Of a stretch of 64,000 bases of DNA, positions 1 through 9,919 are shown piece by piece. How positions within the stretch are numbered: position 1 is the first letter of the stretch; each line of letters opens with the position of its first letter. This stretch comes from Candidatus Thorarchaeota archaeon. Lineage in GTDB: Archaea > Asgardarchaeota > Thorarchaeia > Thorarchaeales > Thorarchaeaceae. Under the pieces are notes generated by a model. That model did not search any database, was not told where the DNA came from, and saw only the letters and a list, made by a program, of their open reading frames with translations. Both the position numbers and the translations under genes were made by a program. The stretch spans positions 32,001-96,000 of the forward strand of contig JAWOEX010000028.1 of NCBI GenBank assembly GCA_046482545.1. Reading direction: 5' to 3'.

Positions 1-518
1 TTCGAGACTTAAATTTGGCCCCTCTTGCCTTCTGTCCAAATCTGGAAGAAGCATATCTCCAGACAAATTCCATTCAAAGCATCGATTTGTCGCCCTTGAG
101 TCACTGCAAGCAATTGAGATTTCTGAGAATAGATGATAACGAGCTATACGCCATAGACTTAGATCCTTTGGCAGGATGCACTCGGTTGCAAGAGTTATTC
201 TTGGAGAGCAATCCTTTCGAAACTATAGATTTGAGCCCACTTAGAGGATGTAAACAGCTGGAAGGTCTTTGGCTCAGAGAAGCTGAATTACTGGCAGTCA
301 CCCTGCATCCATTGTCAGAATCAAAGAGCTTGTTGTGGCTTGACTTGAGCGATAATGAGTTACATTTTTTGGACATTACACCGCTTTTCGATTGCCCAGA
401 CCTTGAATCCGTAATGCTAGATGACTCGGTTATCCTGATAGCCGATAATAAATACAAAGATAGAGAATTCCCATATGCCTTGAGGAAATTTAGAGATAGA
501 ATATACTGGCCTGAATGA
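1..518 (+). CDS. Leucine-rich repeat protein, 5'-truncated by the window edge
   Basis: Repeated LxxLxLxxNxLxxIDLxPLxxC units; the reading frame stays open upstream of the TTG at 15 to the window edge. Confidence 0.9.
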   Translation, partial: RDLNLAPLAFCPNLEEAYLQTNSIQSIDLSPLSHCKQLRFLRIDDNELYAIDLDPLAGCTRLQELFLESNPFETIDLSPLRGCKQLEGLWLREAELLAVTLHPLSESKSLLWLDLSDNELHFLDITPLFDCPDLESVMLDDSVILIADNKYKDREFPYALRKFRDRIYWPE

Positions 519-629
519 AATCCACCTATCAAACACAAGAGCTGGATAATCTTTACGAGTTAGCATTGTATTATTTAGACAACACTCATCCCTATCTTTA
601 GCTTTGAGCCAGACAAATTGTGATTTGCC

Positions 630-1301
630 ATGGGGCAGCCAGAAGAGTCAGCAGCGAAGAGGACTCTAAAAATTGCAGGGGTCTTCCAAGAACTGACTGA
701 AACGTGGAGCAACCGATTGAATGCATATTTTTCCCAGATAGACTCACTCGTAGATGGGGAGTGGTTGGATTCATCTGATTTGAAAGGAATACTCCGCGAA
801 GCTAGGGAAGCTTCAAACGAAGCTTTGAATGGTCTTGGACGCGATTTGAGTGCTGAACTCATACAGAGGTCTGCAGGTGTATTCTCGAGGCACGAGAATG
901 AAAGAGCTGCAATGATAGAGGAGATGAATAATCTCAAGGCTCAGCTTGACCAAGCTTTATCTGCTGACACAGGTAAGTTAATCCAGGAAAACAACTCGCT
1001 CAAACAGGCTCTTCTGAAAGTCCCAGAATATCAAGTCCTTAGTGCTCTGGAGAATCAGAAAGAAGCAACATACAAGGAACTGGGAGAAGCGTGCGATATA
1101 CGAACACGAAAGACAAGACCTCTGGTGCGCACGCTGGCTAAATGGGGTAACGCTAGTATTGACAAAGATACACGGCCGCATCGAATATTTTTCATATCAG
1201 CTCCTTGGGGGGATGATACATCAGAATCTTTCCAGCCAAGTCAAGAATTCGTCAAGAGTAGCAGGAAAAAGGAACTGGCAATTGAAATGTCAGAAATCTA
1301 A
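630..1301 (+). CDS. Hypothetical protein: coiled coil plus probable C-terminal winged helix
   Basis: 223-aa ORF with a heptad-like stretch (AAMIEEMNNLKAQLDQAL) followed by ATYKELGEACDI...LVRTLAKWGNASID, which is wHTH-like. Confidence 0.6.
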   Translation: MGQPEESAAKRTLKIAGVFQELTETWSNRLNAYFSQIDSLVDGEWLDSSDLKGILREAREASNEALNGLGRDLSAELIQRSAGVFSRHENERAAMIEEMNNLKAQLDQALSADTGKLIQENNSLKQALLKVPEYQVLSALENQKEATYKELGEACDIRTRKTRPLVRTLAKWGNASIDKDTRPHRIFFISAPWGDDTSESFQPSQEFVKSSRKKELAIEMSEI

Positions 1302-1340
1302 GCTTTACTTCTGATCACAACGCATAATCTCCAGATTATT

Positions 1341-2039
1341 TTGAAAAATCGACAAGCGATGTTTCCTCACTCAAGCTTCTTAAATTATGAATTGAACTAC
1401 TCCCACGTGACCTACGGAGGCAGAAAGTTGTTCCGATCAGATCATGAGACGATACATGTCAAGTGGCCCCGCAGATGTATAGCTTGCGGAAAGCGGATGG
1501 AAGAAGGCTCTGAACGATTCAGCAAAACCTACGACCGTATATGGATTGACAGAGACAATGAATCCTTCTCTGATGGAAAGCGGGTCATGGTCGAGCAGCA
1601 CAAGAAAATTCGAGCTACACTCTACATCTGCGAAGAGTGTAAAATCGACGCTCAAGAGAAAGTATCTGCTATAGGCGCTAAGTATGAAAATCGAGAAGAA
1701 ACTATGTGTAAGGTGTCTTTCAGCTTCTTTCTCTTTACAATTGGTTTGTTCGCCTTTCAACTGATGTTTCCAATTCTTCCTTTGCGTACATTTGGGATGG
1801 CTGCCTCAATATTGACCATTGCCACAATTGTAATGGGTGCTATCTGGACCAGAATAGCAAAGCGAGCAGAGCGGGTCAAGATTCTTCGAGAGAAACCGCC
1901 AGCTGGATTTTTGGGAATTGAAGTAGATGACCAAGGAAAGCTATGCTTTGTATTTAGCAATTCCAAATATGCTAAAGAGTTTAAGAAGATAAATCCATCA
2001 CTGAATACACAATCAGAACTGAATCCTTTTGCGCTCTGA
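1341..2039 (+). CDS. Membrane protein with N-terminal Zn-binding CxxC...CxxC domain and two TM helices
   Basis: CIAC and CEEC pairs plus two hydrophobic segments; start codon uncertain. Confidence 0.65.
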   Translation: MKNRQAMFPHSSFLNYELNYSHVTYGGRKLFRSDHETIHVKWPRRCIACGKRMEEGSERFSKTYDRIWIDRDNESFSDGKRVMVEQHKKIRATLYICEECKIDAQEKVSAIGAKYENREETMCKVSFSFFLFTIGLFAFQLMFPILPLRTFGMAASILTIATIVMGAIWTRIAKRAERVKILREKPPAGFLGIEVDDQGKLCFVFSNSKYAKEFKKINPSLNTQSELNPFAL

Positions 2040-2340
2040 ATAGAAAAAAGAGAAACAGAGATGAGGGCATCTATTCGCCCTTGAGCATCTCTGGGGGATT
2101 ATGCTTGGCGTGTTCTTGCATTTGAGCCTCTGAATTGAATCTGTCACCGCAGGCCTCGAGACCCTCGATACGGCTGGCCGAATTTGAGCGGTTGGAAGGG
2201 ATATCTCATCCCCTATGAGGGATTCTGTTAGCATAGAACATCTAACTAAACTCATCAAGAAATTGGTTAAAGAATCAGAAAGGTTAAGAGAAGCATACTG
2301 ACTCCCTTTCAAGAGCCCATACTCCTCTAGAGGGATAGAA

Positions 2341-2670
2341 ATGCATAGGGCAACAACCCCGGTTTCGAATGACGATTTGTCAGTGAAAGGCAAAGAAAAT
2401 GTGTTCTGGACAAAAATCATTTGTGGAATGACTTTCGGTTTTTCAAGCTATTTCGTGACGCGGTTCACAGCAGCTCCTTGGTATCTGCTTATTCTGGTCT
2501 TTTTTGTACCCACCATGATTATCTCCACATTCGTAATTTGGAGAAAAGCACAGGTGCTTGGAGTCGAAATATCCATAGCTGAAGCAATGAAATCGGCCTT
2601 TGATTTTACTGGGAGTTGGTTGATGGCATACATTGCTTTCGTTACTTTGGCCTATTTTGTCGGGTGGTAA
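2341..2670 (+). CDS. Small 3-TM membrane protein, possibly EMC6-like
   Basis: 109 aa with three hydrophobic helices (FWTKIICGMTFG; LLILVFFVPTMII; WLMAYIAFVTLAYF). Family assignment is from size and topology only. Confidence 0.55.
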   Translation: MHRATTPVSNDDLSVKGKENVFWTKIICGMTFGFSSYFVTRFTAAPWYLLILVFFVPTMIISTFVIWRKAQVLGVEISIAEAMKSAFDFTGSWLMAYIAFVTLAYFVGW

Positions 2671-3956
2671 GTCTGAGGCGAAAATATCAGCTTATGATAG
2701 CACTATTTCTTGTTGAGATAGTCGCATTGTCCATATTTTTCGGAGTGATACCTACCACTCAGCCACTGGGAATGCCTCTTGACATAGACTACATCTCCGA
2801 TGGTGAATACAAGGGCAACTTCTTGATATCGGATAATAGCGGAAAAGTCATGATTGTAAATGACAATCTAGATGTGCTCTGGCAAAGCGATATCCCGGAG
2901 GTTTTCGTCCATGAAGCAGAAATCATGCCAAATGGAAATGTCATGGTCGCCGATACCGCAGGGGAACGAGTTTACGAGCTGGACATCGAAGACCCATCAC
3001 GAGTTGTGTGGGAATGGAATCCGAAAAACGTGGATGATGTCAACTGGACCGCCTACGGAGAAAGTTGGGACTGGAGCGATGAAGCTCTTGAGTATATCCA
3101 GAACAAAGAACCTGAGACAGGTGATTGGACACACATTAACGATGCTGAGTGGATTAACGGTACAAGGCGAGGGCGAAATTACGATTCAATCCTGATATCA
3201 ATCAGGAACTTCGACATGGTTGTCGAGGTCAACTACTCGGAAACTAAAGAAATTATCTGGCATTACGGGGAACCAACGAAAAAAGACAAGCTTAACCATC
3301 AGCACAATCCTGACATTAGAGAGAATGGTAATATCATCATTTGCGATTCTGAGAACCATCGGATTATCGAAGTGGACTACGAGACAAAACAGGTTGTATG
3401 GGAATACTCACCAGATTTTCCTGAGGGCAAGCTTCGTTGGGCAAGAGACTGTGATGACCTCGGAAATGGGACCTATCTGATTACAGATTCCAACAACGGT
3501 CGGGTATTCCTTTTGGATAGAGAGACAAAGGAAATCCTAATCGAGTACGGAAAGGATTTCCTTATTCAGCCATATGAAGCAGATCTAGTCATTATCGACG
3601 GGAAGGAAAGAATCCTCGTTGGCGATTCTCCGTCTACAGCTATCACTATAATCAATCCAACAGATGGCTCCTTCCAGCATATTGGCTATCCATTCATGGC
3701 CAACTACATTCGACTGACAGCGGGGCTATTTGTAGTCTACTACGGATTCATGTTCGCAGGAGCATATAGCAGAGCCGAAGGTTCCGGAGCTGTGTCCAAG
3801 CTAAAGAAGCACGAAGTCTACATCCAGGTAGCTCATCTCATATTGTCATTCACTATCTTCTGGTTTCTCGGTGCTTTCTACCGCTTCATCATTGAGTTCG
3901 GGCTGTTTCCAATCGTGGACAGAATCACTTGGGTGTTTGTTAGGCCTACTCCCTGA
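2616..3956 (+). CDS. Arylsulfotransferase (ASST)-like beta-propeller, membrane anchored
   Basis: DWTHIND, ILISIRNFD, HQHNPD and WARDCD motifs typical of ASST-like propellers; N- and C-terminal TMs. True start is probably ~2664-2693. Confidence 0.8.
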   Translation: MVDGIHCFRYFGLFCRVVSLRRKYQLMIALFLVEIVALSIFFGVIPTTQPLGMPLDIDYISDGEYKGNFLISDNSGKVMIVNDNLDVLWQSDIPEVFVHEAEIMPNGNVMVADTAGERVYELDIEDPSRVVWEWNPKNVDDVNWTAYGESWDWSDEALEYIQNKEPETGDWTHINDAEWINGTRRGRNYDSILISIRNFDMVVEVNYSETKEIIWHYGEPTKKDKLNHQHNPDIRENGNIIICDSENHRIIEVDYETKQVVWEYSPDFPEGKLRWARDCDDLGNGTYLITDSNNGRVFLLDRETKEILIEYGKDFLIQPYEADLVIIDGKERILVGDSPSTAITIINPTDGSFQHIGYPFMANYIRLTAGLFVVYYGFMFAGAYSRAEGSGAVSKLKKHEVYIQVAHLILSFTIFWFLGAFYRFIIEFGLFPIVDRITWVFVRPTP

Positions 3957-4057
3957 ACCGGGAAATCGATGCAGTTGTGAGCAGAGTGGCCGTATGATAG
4001 AGACGGACCAAAGACCTTTTCACCACCCTTTACGAAGCCCCCTGAAGTGAATGAAGG

Positions 4058-5803
4058 ATGTTTCTGGAGAGACCAGATGAGTATCCCCTTGACCAAATGA
4101 TTGACGTTGCAGCGGGCCGAACTCGTGCAGACATTGTTTTGAAAAATGGGGCGGTTGTCAATGTCTTTACTGGAGAAGTTACGGAAGGGGATGTAGCCAT
4201 CCATAGTGGGTACATAGCTGGAATCGGCGAGTATCAAGGAAAAGAAGTCATTGATGTGGAGGGAAAGTATGTTGCACCCTCGTTTATCGATGGTCATGTA
4301 CATGTAGAGTCAAGCATGGTCATGCCGGTTCAATATGCCAGGGCCGTCGTGCCTCATGGAACCGGTGCTGTAATAGCAGATCCTCATGAAATAGCGAATG
4401 TGCTTGGTATGGAAGGTATAATGTACATGTCCAAGAGCATGAGGGGGGGACCAATGAGCTTCTACATAATGATACCATCTTGCATTCCATCTACAGACTT
4501 GGAGACGAATGGTGTTGCGCTGGATTTCTTGGATATCAAACCTCTCATGACCGAAGAGTATGTTCTTGGCCTTGCGGAAGCGATGAATTACCAAGGAGTC
4601 ATCACTAGGGAACCAGACATCCTCGAAAAAATTAGAGTCACACTTCACGCAGGAAAACGCGTCGATGGACATGCTCCGGGACTTAATGGGCTTGATCTCA
4701 ATGCCTATGTTGCAGCAAGAATAACTTCAGAGCATGAGGCTACTACTCTCGAAGAGGCCAAAGAGAAGCTCGCGACAGGTATGCATATCCATATTCGCGA
4801 GGGGTCAACCGCAAGGAACTTAGCTGATTTAGCAGGAATAATCAAACCGGAGACTGCGACGTTCTGCAGTTTCGTAACTGATGACCGGAATACTCTTGAT
4901 TTGCTTGAACGAGGCCACATCGATGGCATGATTCGTGAGGCGATTCAATTGGGTGTTGATCCAGTCCTCGCAATCAAAGCTGCTACTCAATCTACTGCAA
5001 GGCATTATGGACTCCATCAAGCAGGAGCAGTGGCGCCCGGCTACTACGCTGACCTTGTTATACTGGACTCGTTAGAAGATATTGGAGTAGAGATGGTCTT
5101 CAAGAGCGGACACTTGGTCGCAAAAGATGGCAAGATGGTTGATAAATTCGGCGTAGAGGAAATACCAAATCTGAGAAGATCTGTGAACATTCACTGGCTT
5201 GAGCCTGAAGATTTCCAAGTTCCAGCACGTGGAGATAGAATGAATGTCATCGGTATGGTCCCAAATCAGATAGTTACTAACCATCTTGTCGAAGAAACCA
5301 ACGTCGTTGATGGGCTTGCTGTACCTGACGTAGATCGAGATTTGGCCAAAGTAACGGTTATCGAGCGGCACAATGCGACGAAGCCTCATACAATTGGTTT
5401 TGTGAAAGGTTCAGGCATAAAGGAAGGTGCAATGGTCTCTTCGATAGCCCATGATAGCCACAACATCGTGGTGGTTTCAACTAATGATGCCGACTTGATA
5501 GAAGCGGCAGTTCAAATCCTGAGAATGCAGGGAGGAATTTCGGTAGTGCGAGATGGTGAGATTCTCGCGTCGCTTGCACTGCCCATAGCAGGGCTGATGT
5601 CGGATCAACCGATAGAGCATGTTAGCGAGAAACTCAAGAACTTGAGAGATGCGGCGCAATCAATCGGTTCTTCTCTTGAGGAACCATTCATGGCAATGGC
5701 ATTTCTATCGCTGCCGGTTATACCCGAGCTTAAGATTACAGACAAGGGGCTTATCGATGTTGACAAATTCAGAATTATTGATCTATTCGATACTCCGAAC
5801 TAA
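4058..5803 (+). CDS. ade: Adenine deaminase
   Basis: DGHVHVESSM, DPHEIANV, DGHAP, HIREGS, VTDD, AHDSHN and FLSLPVIPELKIT motifs; 581 aa. Confidence 0.96.
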   Translation: MFLERPDEYPLDQMIDVAAGRTRADIVLKNGAVVNVFTGEVTEGDVAIHSGYIAGIGEYQGKEVIDVEGKYVAPSFIDGHVHVESSMVMPVQYARAVVPHGTGAVIADPHEIANVLGMEGIMYMSKSMRGGPMSFYIMIPSCIPSTDLETNGVALDFLDIKPLMTEEYVLGLAEAMNYQGVITREPDILEKIRVTLHAGKRVDGHAPGLNGLDLNAYVAARITSEHEATTLEEAKEKLATGMHIHIREGSTARNLADLAGIIKPETATFCSFVTDDRNTLDLLERGHIDGMIREAIQLGVDPVLAIKAATQSTARHYGLHQAGAVAPGYYADLVILDSLEDIGVEMVFKSGHLVAKDGKMVDKFGVEEIPNLRRSVNIHWLEPEDFQVPARGDRMNVIGMVPNQIVTNHLVEETNVVDGLAVPDVDRDLAKVTVIERHNATKPHTIGFVKGSGIKEGAMVSSIAHDSHNIVVVSTNDADLIEAAVQILRMQGGISVVRDGEILASLALPIAGLMSDQPIEHVSEKLKNLRDAAQSIGSSLEEPFMAMAFLSLPVIPELKITDKGLIDVDKFRIIDLFDTPN

Positions 5804-6618
5804 TCTGTAAGTCTGAGCTCTTCCTTGGCAGCTTGCATTTGCTCTCGTTTCTTGTACCCCGTTCTGATTGCAAGCACCGACCCACTGAACACCATGAGAG
5901 TAGCTATACCAAATGCCACGAACAAGATTGGCAAGAAATACTGATTCGGAAATGATAACAGATTGAAGAACAGACCCCTGAACAACAATAGGACAGCTTC
6001 TACAATCAAAATTGCAAACAGTGCGATACCAGCCGCAAGCTGTCTTTCATGCACATACACTTGCAAAGATATCTGAAGAAGAAAGGCCGAAAACACGTTT
6101 CCAAGGATATTTAGTATAAGCACGGAATCTCCGGGGATGAAAAAGTTGGGTATATTTGCCGGTCCCCAAGCGGTGAAGAACTGAGCATAAAGCATACTCA
6201 GGATGAAGAGCAGTTCATAAGCCATCATCAGAATGGCTCCTAGTCCTGTAACTCGCAAGATTTTGTTGTCGATGTCATCAGCCCAATCCATGTTCGAGAG
6301 ACGGTGATACTCTTCATTCAGCGGCCTTGCCCAACTGCTCTCAGCTTTGCAATGTGGCTTATCGCAGTTGACTATGGTGAAAAGCTTACCACCGTAATCA
6401 CCAACCCGCTTTTCGATACAATCCTCACATAGGAGATCACCACACACATGACAGATGCCTTTTGCGAGTCTGCCAGGATGATTGACACACTCTCTGCTCT
6501 GATCTGGACCTAACACTGGACTCGCACAATATTCGCACCGATTCACCTCGTCGTCATGAATTACTCGGACTGGCCCACCACAAGCCGGACATCGTATAGT
6601 CTGTACCATGAGAATCAT
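5800..6618 (-). CDS. Zn-ribbon + B-box zinc finger membrane protein (4 TM)
   Basis: CPACG...CEYC ribbon, then CVNHP...CHVCG..LCEDC (B-box pattern), then four TM helices. Confidence 0.75.
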   Translation of the reverse strand: MILMVQTIRCPACGGPVRVIHDDEVNRCEYCASPVLGPDQSRECVNHPGRLAKGICHVCGDLLCEDCIEKRVGDYGGKLFTIVNCDKPHCKAESSWARPLNEEYHRLSNMDWADDIDNKILRVTGLGAILMMAYELLFILSMLYAQFFTAWGPANIPNFFIPGDSVLILNILGNVFSAFLLQISLQVYVHERQLAAGIALFAILIVEAVLLLFRGLFFNLLSFPNQYFLPILFVAFGIATLMVFSGSVLAIRTGYKKREQMQAAKEELRLTD

Positions 6619-8015
6619 CCACGTCCATTTGCTCTACGGCGCCCCGCAACCTGTTGTTGCCAAGGTCTGGTAGTATCCCGGAGCTTTGACTCCTTCTGCT
6701 TTGCAGGATGGTCCTCGGTTAACTCCTGTTCACGAGCTTCTGCCAACGAAACGAAGTCTGTGTGCCGTATTATCTTGTAAGCTTCATATGCCACACCTAT
6801 AAGCCCGGCATAGAATAGTGCGGGTACTATGACTAGTGCACCAAGCAGGAGAAGTGCACCGACCAAAACAGGTATTGCCACGATTATTACCAACATCACG
6901 ATTAGGAAGGCTGCAGCATTATCCTTATTCCTTCCACGAGCTGAACGCATCGTCGATTGCGCAATTCTCATAGACCCGGCGAGTACATACTTCATTGCGG
7001 CAGCGTATTTCCCTAAGAATTTCCTGTAAAGCACCCCAACTTTTGAGAAGCGCCCGCCAGCTTGGTCGAACAACTCATCAATCGGCAAGACTAAGGATGT
7101 GGTCGTTACCGCAGGTTGATACCGTCCTTCAAAACAGTTCTGACAGAGATAGATATTTGAGCCGTGCCACCGCTCATCGACGGGAGGCTCCTGCGAAGTC
7201 AGACAGCGTCTACAGAAATGGTTACCACATACGGCGCACTTAGCCGCCGCTAGATACTCTGGATGGTTTTCACATGGGACAAACACTCCTGATACCGCCA
7301 GAGAAATACCGCAGTACGAGCATTCAACCGTATTATCAACCCTCATCTCTGTAAGGGATGTTGCTCCACCACAATTTGAGCAGAGGATAGCCATTCCTTC
7401 CTTTGTCGAGATACGACGGACATCCATGATTTCCTTTGCTTTCTCTTCCGAAAGCTGTGACCCATCTGGGCCAAGCATCTTGGTCTCTAATGGTGAAGGT
7501 ATGAGACCATCTTCAATCAGCGCCGCGCGGCCGCGGTCTCGTTCTATTACGGCACCGGGTGGGGGAACAACCTGGTCCCATCTTGCAAAAAGGTAAAGAA
7601 CGACTGCTAATTCCAGTCCGACAATCAATAGTGCAAGGTTCCCAATCCGGACGGAGAGCTGATATCCAAACCATGGAAAAGTCCAGCTGTAGTTCATCCC
7701 TGTGATATATAGAAAGAAACCTGCTACCATGACCGCAAAAATGCTGTATCCGATTTGGCCAAAAACAGCCCACCGACGTAAATCATCAACGTAATTGCCG
7801 ATGACGAGGCAAGGAATCGCCACTCCTGTAAGGATAATGAGAGAATAGATGAGTCCCATGCTCCCGAGGTCAGTGGCTCGGGTAACAGTAGCAGTCAAAA
7901 GGCCCGCCATAGCAAGAAGGCCAAGAATCCCAAATCCCATTTGCGTCAGGCCTATGAGTCGTAGACCAAAGGGCCGGTCATGGATTGTGTCCATTACATC
8001 CTCACTCTTGGTCAT
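6615..8015 (-). CDS. Membrane protein with Zn ribbon and B-box zinc finger
   Basis: Four N-terminal TMs; CSNCG...CSYCG; CENHP...CAVCG.HFCRRC...CQNC; C-terminal TM hairpin. Overlaps the next ORF by 4 nt. Confidence 0.75.
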   Translation of the reverse strand: MTKSEDVMDTIHDRPFGLRLIGLTQMGFGILGLLAMAGLLTATVTRATDLGSMGLIYSLIILTGVAIPCLVIGNYVDDLRRWAVFGQIGYSIFAVMVAGFFLYITGMNYSWTFPWFGYQLSVRIGNLALLIVGLELAVVLYLFARWDQVVPPPGAVIERDRGRAALIEDGLIPSPLETKMLGPDGSQLSEEKAKEIMDVRRISTKEGMAILCSNCGGATSLTEMRVDNTVECSYCGISLAVSGVFVPCENHPEYLAAAKCAVCGNHFCRRCLTSQEPPVDERWHGSNIYLCQNCFEGRYQPAVTTTSLVLPIDELFDQAGGRFSKVGVLYRKFLGKYAAAMKYVLAGSMRIAQSTMRSARGRNKDNAAAFLIVMLVIIVAIPVLVGALLLLGALVIVPALFYAGLIGVAYEAYKIIRHTDFVSLAEAREQELTEDHPAKQKESKLRDTTRPWQQQVAGRRRANGRG

Positions 8016-8129
8016 ATCTGCTCACTCATGAGATGGTGCATCAGGTATCTATTGCTATGCAATTCACTTTTGCTTTTCAATTTACTGTGCCTTGTAACCA
8101 AGATGAAGAAAGAACTCGGAGAAAGATTG

Positions 8130-8645
8130 TCAGGAAAGGGCCTCTTTTTCTCTCGATGAACGGAACCAAGGAATAGCACCGCCAGCATAGAGAATTTTCT
8201 TCATCAATGCAGGAAGAGGGTTGCCAGATAAGGTGGTTCCAGAATCTTTGATAGTCAATTGTGCTGATTCCAAGGAAATCTCGACCACCGAGCCGTCAGG
8301 GATAGAAGATGCTTCATCAAGCTGCATTATAGGCAATCCGATATTGATTGCATTTCGGTAGAATATTCGAGCAAATGACTCGGCGACTACGCAACCGACT
8401 CCCACTTCTTTCAGCACTTGAGGAGCTTCCTCTCTTGACGAACCCCCCCCGAAATTCTTGCCTGCAACAATGACATCACCCTTGTTTACTTCATCGGCGA
8501 ATTCGGGTCTCGGAATTTCCAATGTATGCTTCGCCATTTTCGAATAATCCAAGCATGTGAGATAGCGCCCTTGGATTATCTGGTCAGTATCGACATTATC
8601 GCCAAAAACCCATGCCCGGCCTTCTATGCTGTCATATTCTGTCAT
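8130..8645 (-). CDS. leuD: 3-isopropylmalate dehydratase / homoaconitase small subunit
   Basis: GDNVDTDQII, GKNFGGGSSREEA and AESFARIFYRNAINIGLP motifs. Confidence 0.92.
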   Translation of the reverse strand: MTEYDSIEGRAWVFGDNVDTDQIIQGRYLTCLDYSKMAKHTLEIPRPEFADEVNKGDVIVAGKNFGGGSSREEAPQVLKEVGVGCVVAESFARIFYRNAINIGLPIMQLDEASSIPDGSVVEISLESAQLTIKDSGTTLSGNPLPALMKKILYAGGAIPWFRSSREKEALS

Positions 8646-8647
8646 GC

Positions 8648-9919
8648 CTAAGACCTCCTCGGATCGGTAATCTCGCCCTCTAGGGCACTTGCTGCAACTG
8701 TCGCCGGAGAAGCGAGGTACACAAGAGAATCCTGATGCCCCATTCGCCCTCTGAAATTGCGATTGGTGCTAGATATGCTTACTTCACCAGCGCCCAGAAC
8801 ACCCAAGTGTCCACCAATGCAAGCTCCACATGTTGAATTAGTAATCACAGCACCTGCCCGCAAGAGGGTTTCGAGCATTCCTGATTGCATTGCCTTAAGG
8901 TATACCTCAGTACTAGCAGGAGTAACTATGAATCGTGTATCACAGTGGACTTCTTTGCCCTCAACGATTTCTGCTGCGATTTTCAAGTCCTCTAATCTTC
9001 CGTTCGTACATGAGCCAATGAAAGCCTGATCCACCGGTTGCCCCTCCACCTCGGAAACTGGTTTCCCGTTAGATGGACTGTGTGGTGTGGCGACAAACGG
9101 TGCTAACGGTTCGCCTTCAAGGTCAACTGTGAGGTTATCAACATATTCAGCATCGTCGTCAGGTTCTATCGGTGACCACTTAGCATCAGGTGCCCTTTGA
9201 CCAATCCATTTGCGAACTGCTGAATTAGCGGTCATCATAGTGCATTTTGCACCGGCTTCAACGCCCATATTGCACATTGTCATTCTCGAAGCAACAGACA
9301 TCGAGTCTATCAGGGAGCCAAGGATTTCAATTGATTGATAATTTGCGCCATCAGAACCAAGTTCCGCAATTATCTTGAGAATCAGGTCCTTGCTCATGAC
9401 TCTCTCCGACAGCTCCCCTGTTATGTCTATACGAATGGACTCAGGCACTCTGAACCAATTGCGCCCAGTGGCGGCGATAATTGCACTATCGGTAATAGCA
9501 AAACCGGTCGAGAAAGCATTGAACGCTCCATAGGTTGTAGTATGAGAATCTGAACCGACAATCAAATCTCCGGGTTTCACCAGTCCTTTCTCCGGAAGAA
9601 CCTGATGTGCTATTCCGCAATTCACATCGCAGAAATTACTTATTTCTTGGTCTTTCACGAATTGCCTGATTCTGCTATGCATCTCCGCAGTGCTTGCATC
9701 TGGAGCTGGAGACCAATGATCATTCGCAACCAAGATACTTTCTGAATCCCAGACTTCCTCGACCCCCATCTTGCCAAGAACAGGAATGATCCTTGCTAGC
9801 GCCTCGTTGACCATCAGGAAATCAACATCCGCAATAACAGTCTCACCAGCTCTTGCTTTTCCAGATTCCGTGTGATCTGCAAGTATCTTTTCAGCAAGTG
9901 TAAGGCCCAGTATTTTCAC
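8648..9919 (-). CDS. leuC: 3-isopropylmalate dehydratase / homoaconitase large subunit
   Basis: DSHTTTYGA, FIGSCTNGR, CGACIG and TNRNFRGRMG aconitase-family motifs. Confidence 0.93.
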   Translation of the reverse strand: MKILGLTLAEKILADHTESGKARAGETVIADVDFLMVNEALARIIPVLGKMGVEEVWDSESILVANDHWSPAPDASTAEMHSRIRQFVKDQEISNFCDVNCGIAHQVLPEKGLVKPGDLIVGSDSHTTTYGAFNAFSTGFAITDSAIIAATGRNWFRVPESIRIDITGELSERVMSKDLILKIIAELGSDGANYQSIEILGSLIDSMSVASRMTMCNMGVEAGAKCTMMTANSAVRKWIGQRAPDAKWSPIEPDDDAEYVDNLTVDLEGEPLAPFVATPHSPSNGKPVSEVEGQPVDQAFIGSCTNGRLEDLKIAAEIVEGKEVHCDTRFIVTPASTEVYLKAMQSGMLETLLRAGAVITNSTCGACIGGHLGVLGAGEVSISSTNRNFRGRMGHQDSLVYLASPATVAASALEGEITDPRRS

